Positions 19,492-30,138 of a stretch of 64,000 bases of DNA are shown here, in pieces. Source of the stretch: Tepidiphilus sp. J10 (GTDB lineage: Bacteria; Pseudomonadota; Gammaproteobacteria; Burkholderiales; Thiobacillaceae); the NCBI GenBank assembly GCA_945897865.1, contig CAMDHJ010000002.1, positions 1,900 to 65,899 of the forward strand, read 5' to 3'. The position numbers and the translations under genes are program-made. Within the stretch, counting starts at the first letter, position 1. Every line of letters starts with the position of its first letter. The notes beneath the pieces were generated by a model. It saw only the letters and a program-made list of their open reading frames with translations, was not told the DNA's origin and ran no database searches.

Positions 19492-20030
19492 GAGGAAGAC
19501 TCCGTTAGTGGGGATGGCCTGGCTTTGGCAAGCAAATGGGCGGTCGCCAGACCGTTGCCAAGGCCGGTCAACCAGGCAGCGCTAAGAAACAGCGGCAACA
19601 GGCCGAGAATGCTCGCGCCCGGCAGCAACCAGACATCAACCAGCCAAAGCTGGGCGCCAATATGCGCGAACGCAGCCAACAATGACAGCCCGACAGGGCC
19701 AAACCATCGCGCCGGCAGATGCATCGCGGCAGCCAGAACGGCCAGGCTCATCACCCCGCCAGCCAGGCTGAGGATGAAGGCCGGTGTCAGGAACTGCCCC
19801 AGCGCCAACGCGCCGGCGACAATACGCAATCCGGCCACCCAGGCGGCCGTGCGCCAGCCATAGCGATAAAGCACCAGCAAGGTGACGATGTTGGCCAAAC
19901 CGGGTTTGATGCCTGGAATCGGCAGCGGTATCGCGGCTTCCGCCAAGGTCAAACCGATCGCGGCGGCAGCCAGTCCGGCGATGCGTCGATCTTCCTGGCT
20001 GGGAATGAGCTCAATAGTTGAGGGTGTCAT
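19488..20030 (-). CDS. Gx transporter family membrane protein (Pfam Hpre_diP_synt_I type)
   Basis: LAEAAIPLPIPGIKPGLANIVTLLVLYRYGW is the family signature stretch, and there are 5 TM segments. The start is taken at MTPSTIE (20030). The track start at 20198 would overlap the upstream gene by about 190 nt. Confidence 0.6.
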   Translation of the reverse strand: MTPSTIELIPSQEDRRIAGLAAAAIGLTLAEAAIPLPIPGIKPGLANIVTLLVLYRYGWRTAAWVAGLRIVAGALALGQFLTPAFILSLAGGVMSLAVLAAAMHLPARWFGPVGLSLLAAFAHIGAQLWLVDVWLLPGASILGLLPLFLSAAWLTGLGNGLATAHLLAKARPSPLTESSS

Positions 20031-20370
20031 AGCCGGCGGCGGCATTTTCCACGCTGACTCGATTCGGCAAACAGACCGCCGCGCCCCCCGCTGGAATCCA
20101 TCCCTGGCGGACACAAAGCTGGCGCGGGCTGGGGTCGGCGGCAACCCGCACGCGACCGGCTTGAATTTCAATCCGGCTGATACCGAGTGGCCCGGCAACT
20201 TCGATGACCCGATTCAGGCGCAAGCTGGCGGTCTGCATGACCTGGCCATCCTGACGAATCACCACCTGCCCCTCCAGGCTGTCCGCCTGCCGCAACCAGA
20301 GCGCGCCCAACATAATCACGCCAGCACCGGCAATCAGCCAGTCGCCTGGACGCAACGCGGACGCCGCCAA
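20011..20370 (-). CDS. NusG domain II-containing protein (DUF1312-like), membrane anchored
   Basis: It has an N-terminal TM helix and the C-terminal motif CVRQGWIPAGGAAVCLPNRVSVE, characteristic of this family. The start codon is TTG, 1 nt from the rapZ stop. Confidence 0.5.
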   Translation of the reverse strand: MAASALRPGDWLIAGAGVIMLGALWLRQADSLEGQVVIRQDGQVMQTASLRLNRVIEVAGPLGISRIEIQAGRVRVAADPSPRQLCVRQGWIPAGGAAVCLPNRVSVENAAAGYDTLNY

Positions 20371-20371
20371 T

Positions 20372-21205
20372 TCAGGTCAATTCCCGATGTCGGATCAGCA
20401 CTTGTTGCTGCTCGCTGAACAGGTCGGCCAGCGTCTCGGCGAAATAAACCGAGCGGTGCTGACCGCCGGTACAACCGAGGCCGACGGTGAAATAGTTGCG
20501 GTTGTCCTTGATGTAGGCCGGCAACCACTTGGCAATATAAGCATGGATGTCGGCCAGCATGTCCTGCACCATGCTTTGTGATTGCAGATAGGCGATGACC
20601 GGACCATCGCGTCCGGTCAGCGGTTTCAGCGTGGCGTCGTAATGCGGATTGGGTAGACAGCGTACGTCAAACACCATGTCGGCATCCATTGGAATACCAT
20701 GTTTGAAACCGAATGATTCGAACACCAGCGTGAAATTTGCGCTGCTCAGTTCAAGGAAATCCTTGATCCAGGCACGCAGATGGTTGGCGGATAGATCACT
20801 GGTATCCATCAGATGGCTGTTGGCCGAGATGCGCGCCAACATCTCACGCTCGGCGCGGATGCATTCTTCCAGCGAGCGGTCGCTGGTGGCGAGGGGATGT
20901 CGGCGACGGGTTTCGGAAAAACGCGTCACCAGCGTGGCGTCCTTGGCGGTGAGAAACAATACACGCAGATCGTAGCGTTGCCGCAACCGCTCCAGATCGT
21001 TCGGTAAACCGGGAATGCTGGCACCGCTGCGGGCGTCGATGCTGATTGCCGCATCGGTAACGCCGGTCATGCGCAAATAGTCGACGGTCTCCGGCAGCAA
21101 AGCAGCGGGCAGGTTATCGACGCAATAAAACCCGGAGTCTTCCAGCACCTTCAGGGCGACGCTTTTGCCTGAACCGGAGAGTCCGCTGATGACGATGATG
21201 CGCAT
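20372..21205 (-). CDS. rapZ: RNase adapter protein RapZ
   Basis: Walker [12 protein letters not shown] at the N-terminus and C-terminal [10 protein letters not shown]. Confidence 0.9.
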   Translation of the reverse strand: MRIIVISGLSGSGKSVALKVLEDSGFYCVDNLPAALLPETVDYLRMTGVTDAAISIDARSGASIPGLPNDLERLRQRYDLRVLFLTAKDATLVTRFSETRRRHPLATSDRSLEECIRAEREMLARISANSHLMDTSDLSANHLRAWIKDFLELSSANFTLVFESFGFKHGIPMDADMVFDVRCLPNPHYDATLKPLTGRDGPVIAYLQSQSMVQDMLADIHAYIAKWLPAYIKDNRNYFTVGLGCTGGQHRSVYFAETLADLFSEQQQVLIRHRELT

Positions 21206-21229
21206 GGAGATACTCCAACTCCTGATGGT

Positions 21230-22228
21230 TTAAAGCCCGTTGGCCTCAATGGCAATACGATGCCGTTCGGTGAATTCCTGCACCGAATCAAAACCACGTA
21301 ATTTAAGAATATGGTTGCGCACTGCAACTTCGACCAGCACCGCCAGATTGCGACCGATGGCGACCGGAATCCGTACTTCCGGAATAGCGACGCCAAGAAT
21401 GCTGCGCGTACTGGCGGCCATATTCAGGCGATCCACTTCTTGCCAGTTTTGAGTCGCTTCATCGGCCAGCGTCAGGTGCACGATCAGCTTCAGATTCTTC
21501 TTCTGCTTGACGGCTGTGTCTCCAAACAGGCGGCGCACATTGAGCACTCCAAGTCCGCGCACTTCCATGAAATCCAACAGCAACTCCGGGCAGCGACCTT
21601 CCAGCGTATCGGGAGAAACGGCAAACACTTCCAGAGCATCATCGGCAATCAGGCGATGGCCGCGAGTGATCAATTCAAGCGCCAGTTCACTCTTGCCGGC
21701 GGAGGGCGCGCCGGTAATCAATACGCCGATGCCGGACACCTCAAGAAAGACGCCATGCAAGACAGTCGATGGTGCCAGCGCTTGCGCCATCAGGTGCGAC
21801 AGCATCCGCATCAATTGCGGGCCGGCCTCGGGCGATGAGAACAAGGGCGTGGCGGTGCGTTCGGCATGCTCCATCATCACTTCGGGCACGATTTCGCCAT
21901 TCGCAACCACCACGGCGGCAATCTCGTTGGAAAAAAGGAAGTCGACCGCTTCATCCAGTTTTTCACCCGACAGCTTGCGCAAATAATCCATTTCGGCACA
22001 GCCGAGCACCTGGACGCGGTTCGGGTGGATGAAGTTCTGGTGCCCGATCAGCGCCAGACTGGGCTTTTGCACGGTATCGGAAGTCAGCAATTTTTCACCG
22101 CCGGCATGACCTGCGATCCAGGTCAGCTGCAAACGTTCGCTGACTGCGCCAAACAGCGCCGATACCGTGATCGGGTGATGCGAAACAAGCTCGTGCGGCC
22201 TGTCAGCGGAAAACATCAGGGTGTCCAC
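21230..22228 (-). CDS. hprK: HPr kinase/phosphorylase
   Basis: P-loop GAPSAGKSELALEL followed by LIADD...EVRGLGVLNV, the HprK signature. Confidence 0.9.
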   Translation of the reverse strand: MDTLMFSADRPHELVSHHPITVSALFGAVSERLQLTWIAGHAGGEKLLTSDTVQKPSLALIGHQNFIHPNRVQVLGCAEMDYLRKLSGEKLDEAVDFLFSNEIAAVVVANGEIVPEVMMEHAERTATPLFSSPEAGPQLMRMLSHLMAQALAPSTVLHGVFLEVSGIGVLITGAPSAGKSELALELITRGHRLIADDALEVFAVSPDTLEGRCPELLLDFMEVRGLGVLNVRRLFGDTAVKQKKNLKLIVHLTLADEATQNWQEVDRLNMAASTRSILGVAIPEVRIPVAIGRNLAVLVEVAVRNHILKLRGFDSVQEFTERHRIAIEANGL

Positions 22229-22671
22229 TCCGTGATCAGACGATGCAGTTCGACGGCATCGGACGCGGCACGCAAACGGGCGCGAAAGTCTTCGTCGGAA
22301 AACATCGCGGCCAGCTCACCCAGAATCTCCAAATGCAGATCGGAGGCGGCGGCAGGTGCAAGCAGAACAAAAACGAGATCCACCGGCTGATTGTCCGGCG
22401 CATCAAAATCGGTTGGGGTTTTCAGGCGAATGAAGGCACAGGCGGTTTCCTTGAGATGCTTGATGCGGCCATGCGGAATGGCGATGCCATAGCCGAGTGC
22501 GGTGGAACCCAGCTTCTCGCGAGAAAACAAACTGTCGAATACTTCAGCCGCAGAAACGCCATCGCTACCCAGAAACATCTGGCCAGCTTGTTCGAAAAGG
22601 CGTTTCTTGCTGGTGGTTTCAAAGTCCGCCAGGACATTGACGGGCTTCAATAAAGGCGTGATGAGGTTCAT
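22216..22671 (-). CDS. ptsN: PTS IIA-like nitrogen regulatory protein PtsN
   Basis: EIIA-2 fold with the phospho-His context GYGIAIPHGR. The start is taken at MNLITPLL (22671). Confidence 0.9.
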   Translation of the reverse strand: MNLITPLLKPVNVLADFETTSKKRLFEQAGQMFLGSDGVSAAEVFDSLFSREKLGSTALGYGIAIPHGRIKHLKETACAFIRLKTPTDFDAPDNQPVDLVFVLLAPAAASDLHLEILGELAAMFSDEDFRARLRAASDAVELHRLITEWTP

Positions 22672-22773
22672 GGAGGTGTGTCGAATGTGAGCTTGCTGAG
22701 TTTGAATGCGCTGCCGTGAAGCCGATGTCTGCAAGCAGTCAGTGGTTCAGGCCTGCGCATTCTTGCCTGGCGA

Positions 22774-23106
22774 TTAGTCGACTTCGGCGATTTGACCTTT
22801 GACACCGCCAGATGCGCGGTTGACATCGCCCGACTTTTCCTTGTGTTTGACGACCTGTCGATCGAGTTTGTCGATCAGCGCATCAATCGACGCATACATA
22901 TCGGGTTCAATCGCTTCGACATAGATATCCTTGCCGCGCAAATGAAGATTGACTTCCACTTTGTGCTTCAATTTCTCCACCGTAAGGATGACCGCGACAT
23001 CAATCACTTGATCGAAATGACGTTTGATCCGCCCCATTTTCTCCTCGATATAACCGCGAATTGCAGGGGTAATTTCCAGATGATGACCCGTGATGGTGAG
23101 GTTCAT
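22774..23106 (-). CDS. hpf: ribosome hibernation promoting factor
   Basis: [23 protein letters not shown]... is the classic HPF/YfiA N-terminus. It lies directly downstream of rpoN. Confidence 0.9.
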   Translation of the reverse strand: MNLTITGHHLEITPAIRGYIEEKMGRIKRHFDQVIDVAVILTVEKLKHKVEVNLHLRGKDIYVEAIEPDMYASIDALIDKLDRQVVKHKEKSGDVNRASGGVKGQIAEVD

Positions 23107-23131
23107 AAAGAACTCCTTAATAATGCGCAAA

Positions 23132-24580
23132 TCAGATCGATTTACGCTGGTTGGCGGGAGGAATATTCAACAACTCCCGGTACTTGGCTACGGTGCGTCG
23201 AGCAACCACAAAACCTTGTTTGCCCAACAGTTCAGCAATGGCATTGTCGGACAAGGGCTTGATCCGACTCTCTGCCTCAATGAATTGTTTGATCAATGCA
23301 CGGATCGCTGTGCTGGAAGTGGCGCCGCCTTCGTCGGTGGCGAGTGAACTGCCGAAAAAGTATTTGAACTCATATAGACCGCGTGGCGTCATCATGTACT
23401 TCTGGGTGGTAACACGGGAAATCGTGGATTCGTGCAACTCCACGGTGTCGGCGATTTCCTTGAGTGTCAGCGGCCGCATGGCCACATCCCCGTGCTCGAA
23501 AAACATACGCTGGCGATCAACGATGGCTTGGGACACTTTCAGAATAGTCTCAAATCGCTGTTGTACGTTCTTGATCAGCCAACGCGCCTCCTGCAATTGC
23601 ACGCTGAGTGAACTGCCACCATCCTTGTTGCCGCGCAAAATACCGGCGTACATCTCATTGATCCGCAGTTTCGGCACGGCCTCGGCATTCAGGCTGACCA
23701 TCCACATGCCCTTGACCTTTTTCACGAACACATCCGGCGCGACATAGCGGGTATCAAGCGGCGCGAAGGCGCTGCCAGGACGCGGATTGAGCGACGTGAT
23801 CAGTTGCCGCAGATAGGTGAATTCGGTATCGGAGATATCCAGCAGACGCTTGATCTTGCCGTACTCCCTATCCGCCAACAGGCTGAGATGGTCGCGTACC
23901 AGGGTTTTGGCTTTTTGCAGATTCGGTGTCGTCGCCGGCAAGGCTTTCAACTGCAACCACAGGCATTCACCCAGGTCGCGCGCACCAACCCCGGTCGGGT
24001 CAAGGCTTTGCAGCAACTTCAAGGCAGTGGAAAGCTCCAGCGGATCCAGTTCCATTTCTTCCGGGAACAGGGTTTCAAGTTCTTCCAGCGTGGTAGAGAG
24101 ATATCCATCATCATCCAGCGCCTCGATCAGCAGCGCGATCAGCTGACGATCGCGCTGGCTCAGGGGCGACAGCGAAAGTTGATCGGCAAGATGTTGATGC
24201 AAGCCGGTTTGGCTAGTGTCGGCTTGCTGAAAACCATGCTCGTCATCGTCATCATTGCTGCTGCCGGAGCCGGAAACAGCTCGATCGCCCCAGGCCATTT
24301 CTTCATAAATATCGTCACGTTCCTGGCGTGGCTCTTCCGCCGGCGTTTCTCTGCTGTCTTCGCCAGCGGGTTGATTCTGTGCATCTCCCGACGCAACACT
24401 TGCCCCACCGTCAAACCGATCTTCACCATCCAGCCGCTCAAGCAGCGGGTTGTCCTGCAGCATTTGCGAAATTTCCTGGCTCAGCTCCAATGTAGATAGC
24501 TGCAACAGGCGGATTGATTGCTGTAGTTGCGGGGTGAGTGTGAGCTGCTGGTGCAGCTTGAGCTGTAGGCTCTGCTTCAT
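23132..24580 (-). CDS. rpoN: RNA polymerase sigma-54 factor
   Basis: N-terminal Q/L-rich region I ([17 protein letters not shown]), an acidic region II, and the RpoN box [10 protein letters not shown] at the C-terminus. Confidence 0.95.
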   Translation of the reverse strand: MKQSLQLKLHQQLTLTPQLQQSIRLLQLSTLELSQEISQMLQDNPLLERLDGEDRFDGGASVASGDAQNQPAGEDSRETPAEEPRQERDDIYEEMAWGDRAVSGSGSSNDDDDEHGFQQADTSQTGLHQHLADQLSLSPLSQRDRQLIALLIEALDDDGYLSTTLEELETLFPEEMELDPLELSTALKLLQSLDPTGVGARDLGECLWLQLKALPATTPNLQKAKTLVRDHLSLLADREYGKIKRLLDISDTEFTYLRQLITSLNPRPGSAFAPLDTRYVAPDVFVKKVKGMWMVSLNAEAVPKLRINEMYAGILRGNKDGGSSLSVQLQEARWLIKNVQQRFETILKVSQAIVDRQRMFFEHGDVAMRPLTLKEIADTVELHESTISRVTTQKYMMTPRGLYEFKYFFGSSLATDEGGATSSTAIRALIKQFIEAESRIKPLSDNAIAELLGKQGFVVARRTVAKYRELLNIPPANQRKSI

Positions 24581-24628
24581 GGTTGAAGCTGAAAAATGGG
24601 TCGCTTGACAATGAAAAAATCGAAGCGT

Positions 24629-25351
24629 TCAGAGTCTGAAATGTTCACCGAGATAGACCTTTCGAACGTCTTCATTGTAAATGATTTCATCTGGCGTCCC
24701 GGCGGCCAGCACCTGGCCCGCATTGAGAATATAGGCGCGGCTGCAGATGCCCAGGGTTTCTCGCACATTATGGTCAGTAATCAAAACGCCAATACCGCGT
24801 TCGGTCAGAAAGCCTACGATCTTCTGAATGTCGATGACGGAAATCGGATCAATGCCGGCAAACGGCTCATCCAGCAAAATGAATCGGGGCGACGTCGCCA
24901 GCGCACGAGCGATTTCCACCCGCCGTCGCTCACCGCCAGACAACCCAACCGCCGGCGCTTCGCGCAAATGCGTGATATGCAGATCCTCCAGCAGGTTCTC
25001 AAGCCGTAATTCGACCTCCTCAGCATTGTGACCACACAATTCGAGCATCGCGGCGATGTTGTCGGCCACCGACATACGCCGAAAGATCGAGGGTTCCTGC
25101 GGCAGGTAGGAGAGTCCCAAGCGGGCCCGCTTGTAGACCGGCATGCCGGTCAGATCGACATCATCCAGCCGTATCCGTCCAGACTGGGCGCGGATCAGTC
25201 CAACCAGCATGTAGAAACAGGTTGTCTTTCCGGCGCCATTCGGCCCCAGCAGACCGACCACTTCGCCACTCTCGACTCGAATCGACGCATCGGTCACAAC
25301 CTGACGCGACTTGTAGCGCTTGGCCAGATTCTCGGCGCTCAACACACTCAC
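24629..25351 (-). CDS. lptB: LPS export ABC transporter ATPase LptB
   Basis: Walker [10 protein letters not shown], signature [15 protein letters not shown] and Walker B FILLDEP. Confidence 0.95.
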   Translation of the reverse strand: MSVLSAENLAKRYKSRQVVTDASIRVESGEVVGLLGPNGAGKTTCFYMLVGLIRAQSGRIRLDDVDLTGMPVYKRARLGLSYLPQEPSIFRRMSVADNIAAMLELCGHNAEEVELRLENLLEDLHITHLREAPAVGLSGGERRRVEIARALATSPRFILLDEPFAGIDPISVIDIQKIVGFLTERGIGVLITDHNVRETLGICSRAYILNAGQVLAAGTPDEIIYNEDVRKVYLGEHFRL

Positions 25352-25887
25352 GGCTTGCCAACCAGATTGGGTTCATTGGTGAGTGGACTGGCCTTCGGCT
25401 GGATAACCGCCCTGACCCGGCCCTTGACTCCATTGCTGCTGCCCTGGGCTTGGTAATACTGGTTCTTGGCATCGTAGAGGATCAAGCTGCCACGCAGTTC
25501 GTCGGCACCACGCTTGAGACGCGCCTCACCACTTAACTGAAGCTTTTCGGTACCTCCATCGTAAACAATGCGATTCGCCCAACCTTCGGCTAACTCTTCT
25601 CGTCCATCCATCTTTTGCCGGAAATAGACCGGGCTTCCGGTCGCGTTTCCGACAGAAAAGCCTTTCGCGTCCTGACGAAATTCAATCTTGTCTGCTGTGA
25701 TCTTCAAGGTGCCCTGGGTCAAGACGACATGGCCTTCATAAATCGCGGTCTGCTTGGCATCCTCAACCCGAACGCTATCTGCTTCCAGGTTGATCGGCTT
25801 CGATTTGTCAGCTTTTTCGGCATGCGCCGGGAAAGCCAGCATCGATAAGCTGCAAACTAGACAGGCAAACAGCCTTTCAACGCGCAT
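25348..25887 (-). CDS. lptA: LPS transport periplasmic protein LptA
   Basis: Signal peptide [23 protein letters not shown] plus an OstA-like beta-jellyroll sequence, lying between lptC and lptB. The start is taken at 25887. Confidence 0.85.
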   Translation of the reverse strand: MRVERLFACLVCSLSMLAFPAHAEKADKSKPINLEADSVRVEDAKQTAIYEGHVVLTQGTLKITADKIEFRQDAKGFSVGNATGSPVYFRQKMDGREELAEGWANRIVYDGGTEKLQLSGEARLKRGADELRGSLILYDAKNQYYQAQGSSNGVKGRVRAVIQPKASPLTNEPNLVGKP

Positions 25888-26485
25888 TTTGTTGGTTTCC
25901 TGATTGAGGGAGTCGGGATGATTGTTCAATAACCGCTTTGACGCCACCGGAAAGCGTCATCAGCCCCTTGCTGTCATCAATCTTGAATTGATTCGCGGTG
26001 ATCACCGAAGCACCCTGGCGGAGCGTGAAAAATTGATTCGTGCGCATGATGCGTTCATCCGGAGAGATGTGAAGATACTCCGTATCCAGGCTGACGGACA
26101 TTTGCCCTGCTCCGCCCGACCGGGTGAGACGTACCTGATTCAAAAAATAGACTTGTTTACCATCGGCCGAAATTTGTGCCCTTTGTGACCTGACCTCGAC
26201 CGGGAGTGTCTGATCGAGCGAGAAAAATACCGGCTTGTCCAGCACCGTGGTGTCGTCATCCATATAGTGAGTCATGCGATCCGCCAGCAAGCGATGGCGC
26301 GGCTTGCCCGCTTCATTGAACGCCATCGCATTGAACGCCTCGACCACATAGTCGGGTTCATGCGCAAACCCCGCGTCATCAACGAAAGGGATACGCACCG
26401 CAACCTGATTCAGCCAGAAAGCGAGCAGCGCCAGAAATAAGGCCAACACCAACGGTGGCCAGTGGACATGGTAGCCCAGGCTCAT
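25877..26485 (-). CDS. lptC: LPS export system protein LptC
   Basis: Single N-terminal TM anchor plus a periplasmic domain, in the conserved position kdsC-lptC-lptA-lptB. Confidence 0.8.
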   Translation of the reverse strand: MSLGYHVHWPPLVLALFLALLAFWLNQVAVRIPFVDDAGFAHEPDYVVEAFNAMAFNEAGKPRHRLLADRMTHYMDDDTTVLDKPVFFSLDQTLPVEVRSQRAQISADGKQVYFLNQVRLTRSGGAGQMSVSLDTEYLHISPDERIMRTNQFFTLRQGASVITANQFKIDDSKGLMTLSGGVKAVIEQSSRLPQSGNQQNAR

Positions 26486-26539
26486 CTTTGCGGCATCGCT
26501 GTGGAATCTGTCGGCAATCCAGGCTTTCGATAAGTGTGA

Positions 26540-27115
26540 TCAGCGGTCGTAAAGAGCAATCTGCGCCGCCCAGGTGCCTTGCGCGCGCATGATCAACTCA
26601 CACGCTTCTCGCGCCGCACCGCGCCCGGCATGAGTCAAGGTGATGACCTGACTGCGCCGTTTCACTTCATCGGGCGCATCCGGCACGGTGATCGCCAGAC
26701 CGCAACGATTCAGTACCGGCAAATCAACCACATCGTCACCCATATAGGCAATCTGCTCCGGCGCCAGCCCCGTTTCCCGCAACAGGTTGTGCAACGCTTC
26801 CAGCTTGTCTTCCGCACCTTGGTAGATCTGCCCGATACCCAGATTGCGGGCGCGGTGCAGCACGATCTGGGATGTTCGCCCGGTGATAATGCCGGTCTCG
26901 ACACCACTGGCGCGCAACATCTTGATGCCATGACCATCACGCGAATTGAAGGCTTTGTATTCTTGTCCCTGATTGTCATAGAACAGGCTGCCATCGGTCA
27001 GCACCCCATCGACATCGAAGACCAGCATGCGTACCGCGCGGGCACGCTGTTCAATATCCAAGCGAATATCCGTCCTTTCCACCACCTCCGCCTCGGCTTG
27101 TTCCATCTGATTCAT
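26540..27115 (-). CDS. kdsC: KDO 8-phosphate phosphatase
   Basis: HAD motif I in LVFDVDGVLTDG and motif III in YMGDDVVDLP. The size is typical of KdsC. Confidence 0.9.
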   Translation of the reverse strand: MNQMEQAEAEVVERTDIRLDIEQRARAVRMLVFDVDGVLTDGSLFYDNQGQEYKAFNSRDGHGIKMLRASGVETGIITGRTSQIVLHRARNLGIGQIYQGAEDKLEALHNLLRETGLAPEQIAYMGDDVVDLPVLNRCGLAITVPDAPDEVKRRSQVITLTHAGRGAAREACELIMRAQGTWAAQIALYDR

Positions 27116-27125
27116 GCCAAATACC

Positions 27126-28127
27126 TCATACCACCCCCGCGCGCAAAAGATCGTGCATATTCAATGCGCCTGCCAGGCGCCCGTCATCATCCAGCGCCAA
27201 CAGGCCATTGACCTTGTATTCCTGCATCAGACGCACCGCTTCGACCGCCAGATCGGAGGCCGCGACGGTATGCGGCTGACGATGCATAACCTGGGCAATC
27301 ATCGCGCTACGCACATCGACATCCTGGTCAAGCAATCGACGCAGATCGCCATCGGTAAAAATGCCGACCAAGCGGGAGTCGTTATCGACAACCGCAGTCA
27401 TGCCAAGGCCTTTACGGGTCATTTCCAGCAAAGCCTGTTTCAGGCTGGCGGATTCATCGACCACCGGCAATGCCGCATCACGATGCATCAGATCATGTAC
27501 ATGCACCAGCAAACGCCGCCCCAGCGCACCGCCCGGATGCGTGCGGGCAAAGTCCTCGGCACTGAAACCACGCGCATGCAGTGTCGCCACCGCCAACGCA
27601 TCACCCAGTGCCAAGGCTACCGTCGTGCTGGCAGTAGGGGCAAGATTGAGCGGACAAGCTTCTTGTTCGACGCTTGCATCCAGATGGATGTCTGATGCCT
27701 TCGCCAACGTGGAAGCGGGGTTGCCGGTCATGCTGATCAGCTTGGCGCCGCGTCGCTTGATCAGTGGCAAAATTGCCGCCAGTTCAGCGCTCTCGCCCGA
27801 ATTGGACAGTGCGATGACGACGTCCTGGCCGGTAATCATGCCCAGATCACCATGGCTGGCTTCGGCAGGATGCATGAAAAAAGAGGGCGTACCGGTGCTC
27901 GCCAGGGTCGCGGCAATCTTGCCGCCGATATGGCCAGACTTGCCCATACCGGAAACAACAACCCGGCCGCTGCAGGCCAGCAAGGTTTCCACGGCGCGTA
28001 AAAAATCGTCATCGACACGCGCAACCAATTGCAAAACGGCTGCCGCTTCAATTTCCAACGTGCGCTTGGCAAGATTGAGGATCTCGGCAGGAGAAGGAGA
28101 GTGGGATGTCATAATGGAGCCCAACAT
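27126..28127 (-). CDS. kdsD: arabinose-5-phosphate isomerase (SIS + tandem CBS)
   Basis: SIS-domain motif VVSGMGKSGHIGGKIAATLASTG plus a C-terminal CBS pair. It is adjacent to kdsC. Confidence 0.9.
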   Translation of the reverse strand: MLGSIMTSHSPSPAEILNLAKRTLEIEAAAVLQLVARVDDDFLRAVETLLACSGRVVVSGMGKSGHIGGKIAATLASTGTPSFFMHPAEASHGDLGMITGQDVVIALSNSGESAELAAILPLIKRRGAKLISMTGNPASTLAKASDIHLDASVEQEACPLNLAPTASTTVALALGDALAVATLHARGFSAEDFARTHPGGALGRRLLVHVHDLMHRDAALPVVDESASLKQALLEMTRKGLGMTAVVDNDSRLVGIFTDGDLRRLLDQDVDVRSAMIAQVMHRQPHTVAASDLAVEAVRLMQEYKVNGLLALDDDGRLAGALNMHDLLRAGVV

Positions 28128-28176
28128 AATGGGTCACAAGTATAGCGATTAGCCCCAGACCGCTCTAGCAAACGAA

Positions 28177-30135
28177 ATGCACTCAACGCTCGAACTCACT
28201 CTTATCCTGCTTGCCGCTGGTGTTTTCGCACTAGCGCTGTTGAAAGCTGCCGGCTTGCCGGCTTTGCTAGGTTACGTCTTGATCGGCATTGGCCTGGGGC
28301 CATTTTTGCATGGCATGGACGCGGATTCGCCGACCACACATCTGGCCGAATTCGGCGTTGTCTTCCTGATGTTCTCGATCGGCCTCGAATTTTCTCTTGC
28401 CCGCCTGAAAACCATGCGGATGGCTGTATTCGGACTCGGTGGCCTGCAAGTGACGATCACCATGTTCATCGTCATGGTGTGCGGCCTCGTTCTCGACCTG
28501 TCCTGGGAAACCGGCCTGGCGCTGGGCGGCGTCATCGCCATGTCTTCCACTGCCATCGTCAGCAAGCTGCTGTCTGAACGCGATGAACTCGATAGCGAGC
28601 ATGGCCGCCTGATTCTCGGCGTACTGCTGTTCCAGGATATTGCCGTTGCGCCACTGATCATCTTTGTTCCGGCGCTGGCGCAAAGCAGCGGCCTGGGTGA
28701 AGCCTTGCTGTTTGCCACGCTGAAAGCCGTGCTGGTCCTGACGCTGATCCTGACGCTTGGACAAAAGCTGATGCGGCCCTGGTTCCACATCGTTGCACAA
28801 AGCAAATCCAGCGAATTGTTCATGCTCAACGTCCTGCTGGTCACGCTTGGCCTGGCCTACATCACCGATCGCGCCGGACTTTCGCTTGCTCTGGGCGCTT
28901 TCCTGGCGGGTGTTTTGATCGCCGAAACGGAATATCGCTATCAGGTCGAGGCCGACATCCGTCCGTTCAGGGATGTACTGATGGGGCTCTTCTTCGTCTC
29001 TGTCGGCTTGATGTTGAATCTGCAAATCGTTGCCATTCATTGGGAAAAAGTGTTGTTCATCCTGCTGTTGCTGGTATTTGGCAAACTGCTGGTGATCGCC
29101 CTGCTGGCCGGCTTGTTTACCCAGTCCTGGCCTGTCGTGATGCGCGTCGGCACCGGCCTGGCGCAAGCCGGTGAATTCGGTTTTGTCCTGCTTGGCCTGA
29201 CCCTGGCGAACAGCCTGTTGGCACCTGAAATGCATCAGATCATCCTGGCGGCCATGGTTTTATCGATGCTGGCCGCACCCTTGCTGCTGATGGCGGGAAC
29301 CCGCTTGGCACAACGCATGGAAGGCGGCGCCTGGATGGAACAAGCGCGTGGCGTACATGAAATCGCCGCGCGCGCGTTTGGCAAACAAAAGCATGTCATC
29401 CTGTGCGGCTATGGCCGGAGTGGTCAGAGCCTGGCCCGACTGCTCGAATCGGAAAATATCCCGTTCATCGCGCTCGACCACGATCCGCGTCGGGTGCGTG
29501 CTGCGGCGCAGGCAGGAGACAACGTTGTTTTCGGTGATTCGACCCGCGCCGAAGTCCTGATGGCAGCCGGTGTACAGCGGGCCAAAGCGGTTGTGGTCAG
29601 CTTCGCGCACACCCCTTCGGCACTGAAAATCATTGCCTCGGTACAACGCTTGCGGCCCGACGCCCCCATCATCGTCCGCACTGTAGATGACAACGACCTG
29701 GATCAACTGCGCGAAGCCGGCGCCAGTGAAGTTGTACCGGAAGTCATGGAAGGCGCGCTCATGCTCGCCTCACAAACCATGTTGATGGCCGGCGTGCCAT
29801 TGACCCGCGTACTGAAACGCATCCGACAGACGCGAGATGCTCGTTATGGCGCGATGCGTGGTTTTTTTCGCGGCTTGACCGATGAAGCCGAGGATGAAAC
29901 TGGTGGCGTCAGACTGACTTCAGTCTTGCTTGAACCTCGTCATGCCGGCTGCGGCAAGACGTTGGCCGAATTGGCATTTGAGAAATGGGGCGCGAGTGTC
30001 GTCGGCATTCGGCGGCCAGGCAATCGAAGTGCGGAATACAGTTCGGAAACACCACTTGAAGCAGGCGATATCGTGCTACTTCGGGGAGAGCCGGATGCGC
30101 TGGCGGCGGCAGAAATAGCGTTGCGCGGCGGCTGA
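28177..30135 (+). CDS. CPA2-family monovalent cation:proton antiporter with RCK (TrkA-N/TrkA-C) domains, KefB/YbaL-like
   Basis: About 390 aa of multi-TM Na_H_Exchanger-type sequence, then the Rossmann motif ILCGYGRSGQSLA and a C-terminal TrkA-C segment. Confidence 0.85.
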   Translation: MHSTLELTLILLAAGVFALALLKAAGLPALLGYVLIGIGLGPFLHGMDADSPTTHLAEFGVVFLMFSIGLEFSLARLKTMRMAVFGLGGLQVTITMFIVMVCGLVLDLSWETGLALGGVIAMSSTAIVSKLLSERDELDSEHGRLILGVLLFQDIAVAPLIIFVPALAQSSGLGEALLFATLKAVLVLTLILTLGQKLMRPWFHIVAQSKSSELFMLNVLLVTLGLAYITDRAGLSLALGAFLAGVLIAETEYRYQVEADIRPFRDVLMGLFFVSVGLMLNLQIVAIHWEKVLFILLLLVFGKLLVIALLAGLFTQSWPVVMRVGTGLAQAGEFGFVLLGLTLANSLLAPEMHQIILAAMVLSMLAAPLLLMAGTRLAQRMEGGAWMEQARGVHEIAARAFGKQKHVILCGYGRSGQSLARLLESENIPFIALDHDPRRVRAAAQAGDNVVFGDSTRAEVLMAAGVQRAKAVVVSFAHTPSALKIIASVQRLRPDAPIIVRTVDDNDLDQLREAGASEVVPEVMEGALMLASQTMLMAGVPLTRVLKRIRQTRDARYGAMRGFFRGLTDEAEDETGGVRLTSVLLEPRHAGCGKTLAELAFEKWGASVVGIRRPGNRSAEYSSETPLEAGDIVLLRGEPDALAAAEIALRGG

Positions 30136-30138
30136 CGC

